Source of the DNA: an uncultured Acidobacteriota bacterium
GTDB lineage: Bacteria; Acidobacteriota; Thermoanaerobaculia; Multivoradales; UBA5704
DNA: 64,000 bases
NCBI GenBank assembly: GCA_963700145.1
Contig: OY969474.1
Span: 3,200,001 to 3,264,000 of the forward strand
Reading direction: 5' to 3'
In this document: in pieces, positions 57,422 through 64,000 of the stretch
Numbering within the stretch: position 1 is the stretch's first letter
Layout: the number at the start of each line of letters is the position of its first letter
Notes under the pieces: model-generated
What the model saw: only the letters and a program-made list of their open reading frames with translations
Databases searched by the model: none
What the model was told of the DNA's origin: nothing
Position numbers and translations under genes: made by a program

Positions 57422-59296
57422 TTAACCGAGATCCTTCGTCGGTATAAGTCGGTCTACCTCAGAAAACTCAACCCTAACGTACTGCTCTACTCTCTTTGGC
57501 ACTTCGTTGGCAGCCACCAACACTTGGATCTCCTCGCCGAGTTCAGCGGATAGATTGATCAGCGCAGTCCAGATATCTTCGATCCGGGCCGCGTCGTATC
57601 CCACTGTCCCGATGTTCTTGGCGATTCCGTCGATCATGATTAGTCCTGGAAGGGGTAAGCCAAGTTCAAGCGCTGCGCGATGGTGGGCGAGAAGGTGAGC
57701 TATGTTGACCAGCACACGAACACCCGCGCTGAGCTGAGCGAATTTCTGTCCGTTCACTATTGGCTCGTAGCTGTTGCGGTCAATTGCGGCGCGCACTGCG
57801 CTGCCGAAGCTTGGAATTTCAAGTGCCTCAACGTATCGAGCAAACCAGCTCTCTAGGTGCTCGATCCTGCTCACAGTCACAGCCTCAAGCTGCTCGGCTC
57901 GCTCCAAAGCTGCTTCGAGTTCTGCCCTTTGCTGCATGAGCTCCGAAATTCGCGAGAGCACGCTGTCAAGTCGCTGGAACACGCCAACGTAGTCTTCCAG
58001 GCGCCGTATGCGCTCGCCGAGCACTGCCTGATCACGCGCAAGCCTCTCGATAAGTTCCGCCTGATCTGATATAAAGTGAGCCACCTCGTGATCCAAGGCG
58101 GATCCGAGCTTTTTCCGTTCCGACTCAAGCGCCTCAACCGTCTGTTCAAGCTCTCGACCACGTTGTTCGTGCGCGTCGATGAGCTCCTCCGTCTCCGCAA
58201 TCTGTGCGTTCAGGCGATCTTGTTCGCGAACGAGTTCCTTGCGTGTCAGTGCGGGCGGCTCCGGCTGGAGACAAAGGTAGCAGTGACCCTCCTCTGCTCG
58301 ACCCCCGACGAGCTTGGACCCGCAACGCGGACAGACCACAAACTCGAAGTCGAAGAAGCGCTCGCCGGCAACAATGGCTTTGGTAAGGCGTATCGAGTGT
58401 GCCTGTAAGTCGTTCGCAAGCTCGCCCAGCTGGACGGCGCTGCGACGCTCGTGTTGGAGTTCTGCTGCCGCGTCGCCCATTCGCTGTTCCAGAGCTGCGA
58501 TCTCCGTCCGCAACTGGAGCGCCTCTGGTGTTGTCTGCTCCGGAGCGACGAGCTGTGCTCGCTCGTATGCGAGTGCAGCCTCTCGCTCACGCGCTTCGCC
58601 AAGCTGGCGTTGGATCGCGGCGCGATTTGCGAGAGCAGTTCCCTCAAGGAACCTCTCGAACGCCGCCTGTCCCCCCTCGAGCTGGCTTAGCTCGGATTGT
58701 ACGGCCCGAAGCTGATCCTGAAGGCGAGCGACTTCGAGATCGTAGCCTCCATACAGAATTCGGAAGACGTAGCGCCGTTTGATGTCACGAAACGGCTGCG
58801 ACGAGCCAAGGACATCGACATCGATCTCGTCTTGACGCAGCCGGCAGTAGCGGAGGTAATCATTGATGCTTACAGGAATGAAGGCCGACTCCGCCGGCCG
58901 CGTCGGAGCTTGTGGCACCCGGAGGACAGGAAGGTTGAGCTGCTCGAGTAGCCAAACGCCATAGGTGACACGTGCGCCGGCATCAAGCCGCATTGCCGGA
59001 AGCCGCTCGGCGACTTGGTCACCAGCGATTTGCACGCGCGCCGTGTCGCTCTGAACCAGGGGGCGGATCACTGAGTATGCGCGGTGATCGATCGTTAACT
59101 CACCTGCGAGTTCGCTGACCGAGCGATCCACTTCTGGGCTGATGCCGCGATAACTCCCGCCGAGGAGTACTTCAAACAGCTTCATCAACGACGTCTTCCC
59201 CGTCGAGATCGGCCCGAGAATCACGTTCAGACCTGTCTGAAAGCGAATCGCACGTGAGGTCCCGACGAGAGCGAGCGAATCTACTCGGAGGATCAT
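57422..59296 (-). CDS. SMC-like ABC ATPase of a Lamassu/ABC-3C system (LmuB-like)
   Basis: GPISTGKT Walker A, long coiled coil with CPRC...CYLC zinc hook, LSAG signature, LIMID Walker B. Confidence 0.85.
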   Translation of the reverse strand: MILRVDSLALVGTSRAIRFQTGLNVILGPISTGKTSLMKLFEVLLGGSYRGISPEVDRSVSELAGELTIDHRAYSVIRPLVQSDTARVQIAGDQVAERLPAMRLDAGARVTYGVWLLEQLNLPVLRVPQAPTRPAESAFIPVSINDYLRYCRLRQDEIDVDVLGSSQPFRDIKRRYVFRILYGGYDLEVARLQDQLRAVQSELSQLEGGQAAFERFLEGTALANRAAIQRQLGEAREREAALAYERAQLVAPEQTTPEALQLRTEIAALEQRMGDAAAELQHERRSAVQLGELANDLQAHSIRLTKAIVAGERFFDFEFVVCPRCGSKLVGGRAEEGHCYLCLQPEPPALTRKELVREQDRLNAQIAETEELIDAHEQRGRELEQTVEALESERKKLGSALDHEVAHFISDQAELIERLARDQAVLGERIRRLEDYVGVFQRLDSVLSRISELMQQRAELEAALERAEQLEAVTVSRIEHLESWFARYVEALEIPSFGSAVRAAIDRNSYEPIVNGQKFAQLSAGVRVLVNIAHLLAHHRAALELGLPLPGLIMIDGIAKNIGTVGYDAARIEDIWTALINLSAELGEEIQVLVAANEVPKRVEQYVRVEFSEVDRLIPTKDLG

Positions 59297-59835
59297 AGTG
59301 CCTCGCCCCAACTCGCTTGTGTTACCTCGGGAAAGTGTTGGTAGATAAAGTTCTTGAGAAACGTGCCGCCCTGCTGCGGGAAAGCGCGCTTCAGCAGGCG
59401 CGCCCGCTCGGCGGCCTGAGCCCAAGCCTCAGTCGTGGAGAGCTGCTTCGCTAGGACCCGCCCAACTTCCGTCGCGCGGAATCCAATAAAGCGGGGCTGC
59501 GGAATCGTCTCGATCAAGCCGCGGCCAAGGAGGCTTCCGAGGAGGGCGTAGTAAGCCGGATCCCATGGACCGTATCGGAATCGAACCATCCGCTGCTCGA
59601 TTGTGTTCTCACTTGTGCCCGGTTCGTGTAGATCGATATCGATCTTCCGAATACGCAGAGCTCGACGAAAGAACGAGGGGTACCTAAGAAGAAAATCTAG
59701 TTTGGCGAGCTTTGTACGACCCTGCAATGTCCCCTCACGGCCGGAGAAGGCGTTGATTAGGAGAAGTAGGCGAGCTTCGCCTTCGACAGAAGCAGCGTAG
59801 ACAGCCGGTGACATCGTCAAGCGGGTCTCAGCCAT
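59293..59835 (-). CDS. ABC-3C middle component (LmuC-like)
   Basis: TKLAKLDFLLRYP...MVRFRYGPWD; coupled between the effector and the ATPase. Confidence 0.75.
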   Translation of the reverse strand: MAETRLTMSPAVYAASVEGEARLLLLINAFSGREGTLQGRTKLAKLDFLLRYPSFFRRALRIRKIDIDLHEPGTSENTIEQRMVRFRYGPWDPAYYALLGSLLGRGLIETIPQPRFIGFRATEVGRVLAKQLSTTEAWAQAAERARLLKRAFPQQGGTFLKNFIYQHFPEVTQASWGEAL

Positions 59836-60991
59836 CTGTTCCCCATCGGAACTTGCACTCGTCCGAGTATTCGCAGATCGCCCCCATAAGCAGCAGTGGC
59901 TCCTGGCTGAGAATGCGGCGAGGGTCGTGCTCGATCGGGTGCGTCTCTAACCGCCGTTGGATCGCACGCCAAGTCGTGGGTGCCGGAGGCCTGTCACTTA
60001 CAGTTGCCGCAGTAGCCTCAGCCACCGCGAGTAACCGGAATTCAAGGTCGGCGAGCAAGTCGTCGACGTTGAGGAGACTCGAGGCACGAAACTCGCGCAT
60101 GCGGAGACTGGCTTGTGCTCGGAGTTGCTTCGCATGTTGGATGAGTGCCGCCGGCGCACCCGCGGTCTCCATTTTTTGTTCCAAAGCGGTCGCTCTCAGG
60201 CGATCGGGATCCGTAATGCGAGCAAGTAATGCGCGGTCGCTGCCCTCTAGACGCCCGAGGGTCGGCGAGAGCCGCAGGCGATCAAGGCGCTTGGCCTCTG
60301 CCCGCCGCCTTGCTTCCTCCTCCGCGTTCTCAGGTTCGAGTATTACCTTAGGCCACGCATCGGCGAGCAACTCTGCCCGCATCGCCTGCTCAATCAAGTC
60401 AATTGCCGCCTCGTAGATCGCCTTCAACTCGTTTGCCGATAGGTGCCCCGCGGCGCGACCGAGGTGGCCGAGGTTCCGGTCCTCAATGAGTTCCCGCGGA
60501 GGCTCCCCGGCGTGAACGACCACTCGCGCCAACAGAGCCGTCGCTTCTGCCTCGTTGCAGTCCAGCTTCCGCGCACAGGTCTGCGTCATCTCCTGGTTGG
60601 CTCCACTACCACTACGCGGGAAACAACGAATGTCGTCCTCCCGGTGAGGCGCTCCCTCAAGCCGAATGTCGTAGACGATCCGGCGCCCGTCGTTGAAGTC
60701 GCCGATAGCGCGATGTGTGCGCAGCAAACTCTTTAGTGCGCCACCAGCCTCCAACAAATGCCGGTATCTCCAGGGACCCCGGTCGGCGTTGCGTGTCTTG
60801 ATCTGGACAAAGCGCAGCTCGTCTCGTGATTCGACTAGGATGTCCTCGAAGTGCTCGGGCAGGACAGCGAGCACACCTTGGTTGAAGTAGCATCTCAAGC
60901 AGAAAGGGAATGCGACGTGAGCTTGATATCGGAAGCGGGTGAAAGTGCCCGCACCCGAGTCGTCGGGCGGCTGCATCTCAGAAATCGACAC
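59828..60991 (-). CDS. Cap4/DUF4297-like dsDNA nuclease effector with ABC-3C CTD (LmuA-like)
   Basis: DSG..T..RFRYQ...EHFEDI...FVQIK; C-terminal LMGAICEYSDECKFRW. Confidence 0.85.
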   Translation of the reverse strand: MSISEMQPPDDSGAGTFTRFRYQAHVAFPFCLRCYFNQGVLAVLPEHFEDILVESRDELRFVQIKTRNADRGPWRYRHLLEAGGALKSLLRTHRAIGDFNDGRRIVYDIRLEGAPHREDDIRCFPRSGSGANQEMTQTCARKLDCNEAEATALLARVVVHAGEPPRELIEDRNLGHLGRAAGHLSANELKAIYEAAIDLIEQAMRAELLADAWPKVILEPENAEEEARRRAEAKRLDRLRLSPTLGRLEGSDRALLARITDPDRLRATALEQKMETAGAPAALIQHAKQLRAQASLRMREFRASSLLNVDDLLADLEFRLLAVAEATAATVSDRPPAPTTWRAIQRRLETHPIEHDPRRILSQEPLLLMGAICEYSDECKFRWGTDG

Positions 60992-61315
60992 AGACCTGTA
61001 TCTTAGGCTAGTTACCGAGCATCCGCAGCCCGTCGGGCCGCAGCCTCTCGGGCGTCGCAGGATCCCATGCTACCTACTGCCGGCAACGGGCCGAGGCGAG
61101 GACCTCGTCAGGTCGCATCGACCGGGATGGCTCTCGCCCTAGGTGCGACAACAACCACCTGGGCGGCTGCTGGGTGAAAGCGCAGCGCGGTTTGTTCGTC
61201 TCGACCGATCAGGCCGAGAAGCCGGCCAGATTCCCGTTTGGCCAACCGTGCGGGGGCGAAAATCCGGCGCTTGCCGGCAGGTTCGGTAGGCGCTAAGGTC
61301 ACGTTGGAGACGCTG

Positions 61316-61657
61316 ATGATGACGACCATCTCGCTCAAGGATGCCGAGTCCTGGCTGGCGGAGACGGTGAAGCGTGCCGAGGCGGGGCCCGTGGTGCTGG
61401 AGGACTCGGGTCAGCCTGTGCCAGTCGTGCTCTCGGTCGATGAGTATCGCCGCCTCGCCGTCGTTGAGAACCGAGAACACGAGCGCCTCTCGCAAAAGGC
61501 CTACGATCAGGTCTTCGGTCCCTTCGACCGGGGTGAGCTCCGCGAGCTCACCGACGAGGATTGGCAGGCTCTGATCGATGGGGAGCGCAAGTTCCCGCAC
61601 GACCCCCTGAGCCTCGCCCTGCCGTCCAAGGACCTGGGCGGGCTAAATACCAGCTAG
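61316..61657 (+). CDS. Phd/YefM-like antitoxin (no adjacent toxin)
   Basis: TISLKDAES.LAETVKRAEAGPVVL..SGQPV.VVLSVDEYRRL. Confidence 0.7.
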   Translation: MMTTISLKDAESWLAETVKRAEAGPVVLEDSGQPVPVVLSVDEYRRLAVVENREHERLSQKAYDQVFGPFDRGELRELTDEDWQALIDGERKFPHDPLSLALPSKDLGGLNTS

Positions 61658-61686
61658 TAAAGAGTTTCCAACCCGGAGACCCGTTT

Positions 61687-61896
61687 CCGCAGGCGCCGCG
61701 GGAAATGCCGCGGGCGTTGCGGGGAATCCCGCGGGCGCCGCGGTACACATTTCTCCGGCCGCGGTACACCCCGCAGCCGCCGCGGGAAACTCCGCGGGCG
61801 CTCCGGGAAATGCCGCAGGGCCTGCGGGAAATGGCGCGACGCGCAGGGGAAATGCCGCGGGCGGCGCGGGAAATCCCGCGGCGGCTGCGGACATCC
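61687..61896. repeat. Tandem array of 10 x 21 bp, consensus CCGCGGGCGNNGCGGGAAATG
   Basis: Units start at 61687, 61708, 61729, 61750, 61771, 61792, 61813, 61834, 61855 and 61876. Confidence 0.9.
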
Positions 61897-61962
61897 CTTT
61901 TCGCGCTTCCGCGCCGCCGATCCGCGCGACGCCAGGCACCCGCAAGGCGCTGCGCTGTTCGG

Positions 61963-62166
61963 CTATCCCTTCGACTTGCTGCCCACTGGGAGCCCCCGGG
62001 GGCGAGTCGAGGCCTCCAGGACGGTGATCCCGATCAGCTCCTTGCCGTGATAACGAAGCAGGACGCCCTCGTCGGTCGTCTTGGTATCCGTCGCCTGCTG
62101 GGGCCGCCGGAAGCTGATGTACAGGACATCAGCTTCCCTGTCGTAGTCCACCCAGAATCGCTCCAC
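61963..62166 (-). CDS. DUF2283 family protein
   Basis: VDYDREADVLYISF...LIGITVLEAS. Confidence 0.8.
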   Translation of the reverse strand: MERFWVDYDREADVLYISFRRPQQATDTKTTDEGVLLRYHGKELIGITVLEASTRPRGLPVGSKSKG

Positions 62167-62242
62167 GCGGTGATGATAAACCCGGCGGTACGGGAAAGCT
62201 GGCGGGGCAAGCCACGCCCGCCTGTGCGAGAATCCACCCCGC

Positions 62243-62725
62243 ATGGCCCGCTTCCGCTTCCGCCCGCTTCACGGCGTCTTCCTGGTCCTCGTCTTCATCG
62301 CGGCGGTCTTGGGGGCCGACTACGTGCTCGAGGGGCGGATGGGGCAGGCGCGGTTCGAGCGGGTGGGGCCGGAGCCGGACGGCAACGTCCGCGTCTCGCT
62401 CGCCGGGCTCGACGCGCGCGAGGTGCGCTTCTATCGCTTCTTGAACCCCGGCAACCAGGAGGTCCGCTTCTTCGTCGGGCGCGATCCCGAGGGGGTCGTG
62501 CAGGTCGCCTTCGACGCCAGCGAGAGCCACGCCAACGTCGGGCGCGGCTTCCGCCACGAGGGGGAGTGGGTGGTGGACAACAAGTGCGACACCACCGTCC
62601 GCCTCGCCTCGGTCAACCAGGGGGGCGGCGGCTGCAAGCCGGTGCCGCTCGTCCACCGCGTCGAAGGGGACACCCTGGTCCTCACCGAGTCCGACCTGCT
62701 CGCCGGCTGGCGCCTCTTCCGTTGA
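62243..62725 (+). CDS. DUF2318-like membrane Fe-S protein
   Basis: N-terminal TM; VAFDASE...GF...KC...GGCKPVPL; the first Cys pair is replaced. Confidence 0.75.
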   Translation: MARFRFRPLHGVFLVLVFIAAVLGADYVLEGRMGQARFERVGPEPDGNVRVSLAGLDAREVRFYRFLNPGNQEVRFFVGRDPEGVVQVAFDASESHANVGRGFRHEGEWVVDNKCDTTVRLASVNQGGGGCKPVPLVHRVEGDTLVLTESDLLAGWRLFR

Positions 62726-62780
62726 GGCCTTCGGCATAGAATCCCGGCGGGCCGCGCCGCACGGTCCGGAAAGGCTCCCC

Positions 62781-63275
62781 ATGTCCTCCGCCGACTTCGT
62801 CCTCTACGAAGAGGAGTTCCGGCACCTCCAGGAAGCGCTGCGCCGGCTGCGCCAGGAGGCCAACGCCAAGGCCGTGTTCCTGATCGACAAGAACGGCCAG
62901 CAGATCGCCTCGGCCGGCGAGGTCGAGCAGTTCGACACCACCTCGCTGGCCTCGCTGACCGCCGGCAACGTGGCGGCCACCGACGGCCTCGCCAAGCTCA
63001 TCGGCGAGCGGGAGTTCTCGGTCCTCTTCCACGAAGGGCAGCAGGACCACATCCACATCTCGATCGTCGCCAAGCGCGCCATCCTGGTGGTCATCTTCGA
63101 CGACCGCTCCTCGCTCGGCCTGGTGCGGCTGCGGGTCAAGCGCGCCAGCGCCGACCTCGAGCGGATCTTCGAGACGATGGCGGAGAAGGCGGCGCAGGGC
63201 ACGCTCGGCGCCGGCCACGCCAGCCCGTTCGCCGAGATCACCGACGAGGACATCGACGCCCTGTTCGGCGAGTAG
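62781..63275 (+). CDS. mglB: Roadblock/LC7 protein MglB
   Basis: FLIDKNGQ..DTTSLASLTAGNVAATDGLAKLIGE..SSLGLVRLRVK..EITDEDID. Confidence 0.95.
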   Translation: MSSADFVLYEEEFRHLQEALRRLRQEANAKAVFLIDKNGQQIASAGEVEQFDTTSLASLTAGNVAATDGLAKLIGEREFSVLFHEGQQDHIHISIVAKRAILVVIFDDRSSLGLVRLRVKRASADLERIFETMAEKAAQGTLGAGHASPFAEITDEDIDALFGE

Positions 63276-63287
63276 CGCCGTGCCGCG

Positions 63288-63872
63288 ATGACCTTCATCA
63301 ACTACGCCAGCAAGGAGATCAACTGCAAGATCGTCTTCTACGGCCCCGGGCTCGGGGGCAAGACGACGAACCTGCAGTACATCTACGGCAAGACGGCGCC
63401 CGAGGCGAAGGGCAAGATGATCTCGCTCGCCACCGAGGCCGACCGGACGCTGTTCTTCGACTTCCTGCCGCTCGACCTCGGGTCCATCCGCGGCTTCACC
63501 ACCCGCTTCCACCTCTACACCGTGCCCGGCCAGGTCTTCTACGACGCCAGCCGCAAGCTGATCCTCAAGGGGGTGGACGGCGTCGTCTTCGTCGCCGACA
63601 GCCAGGAGGAGCGGATGGAGGCCAACATCGAGTCGATCCGCAACCTCGAGGAGAACCTCCGCGAGCACGGCTTCGACCTCGCCGCCATCCCCTACGCCCT
63701 ACAGTTCAACAAGCGCGACCTGCCGACGGCGGTGCCGGTCGATCAGCTCTACCGCGTCCTCAACTACAAGCGCGAGCCGACCTTCGAGGCGGTCGCCACC
63801 ACCGGCCTCGGCGTCTTCGACACGCTGAAGGCCGTGGCCAAGCAGATCCTCATCGAGCTGCGGAAGCGCTAG
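63288..63872 (+). CDS. mglA: Small GTPase MglA
   Basis: [39 protein letters not shown]. Confidence 0.97.
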   Translation: MTFINYASKEINCKIVFYGPGLGGKTTNLQYIYGKTAPEAKGKMISLATEADRTLFFDFLPLDLGSIRGFTTRFHLYTVPGQVFYDASRKLILKGVDGVVFVADSQEERMEANIESIRNLEENLREHGFDLAAIPYALQFNKRDLPTAVPVDQLYRVLNYKREPTFEAVATTGLGVFDTLKAVAKQILIELRKR

Positions 63873-63882
63873 GGATCCCCCG

Positions 63883-64000
63883 ATGGCGGGTTGCAAGCTG
63901 GTCGCGGTCGGCGGCGGCACCGGGCTCTCGGTGCTGCTGCGGGGCCTGAAGCACCAGGTCGGCGGCGAGCGGCTGCGCGAGCTGGTTGGGGTCGTCACCG
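63883..64000 (+). CDS. yvcK: YvcK/UPF0052 family protein (3'-truncated)
   Basis: VAVGGGTGLSVLLRGLK. Confidence 0.8.
   Translation, partial: MAGCKLVAVGGGTGLSVLLRGLKHQVGGERLRELVGVVT

Noticed and set aside
61561-62739. 392-aa ORF with PRAxREM repeats
   Set aside because: Overlaps three better-supported genes; probably a translation of the DNA array
62781-63872. mglBA as a novelty
   Set aside because: MglA/MglB pairs are widespread outside myxobacteria

Overview
High-GC bacterial chromosome segment. The PadR + duplicated orphan ABC permease and the XRE/TPR gene families point to Acidobacteriota, probably Thermoanaerobaculia (inference). The left half (about 1-33.9 kb) is accessory DNA ending at tRNA-Glu(CTC). 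It holds a HTH / ZAS-TPR / secreted-peptide module, a 10 x 21-bp palindromic repeat array ahead of a helical protein, a type IIG R-M enzyme, TIR and Zn-ribbon genes, many TA modules (PIN/DUF433, SymE, two AbiE pairs, MazEF and DarG remnants, an unclassified RHH pair), a GT-C/cyclase-like + UbiA pair, a carbamoyltransferase-glycosyltransferase-GH16 cluster, an IS91-like remnant and degenerate copies of the tRNA-Glu 3' end. The right half is mostly core genes: adenylate cyclase, amidase-GerMN-murI-rph, wzm/wzt, tkt, tRNA-Ser, aldehyde dehydrogenase, gltX, tRNA-Gln, mglBA and yvcK. It is interrupted by a DUF4062-NTPase-TPR gene flanked by a duplicated wzt 3' end, and by a post-tRNA-Gln defence islet (MNT-HEPN, Lamassu/ABC-3C with a Cap4-like nuclease, and a second 10 x 21-bp array). 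All calls come from motif recognition by eye; no database searches were run.
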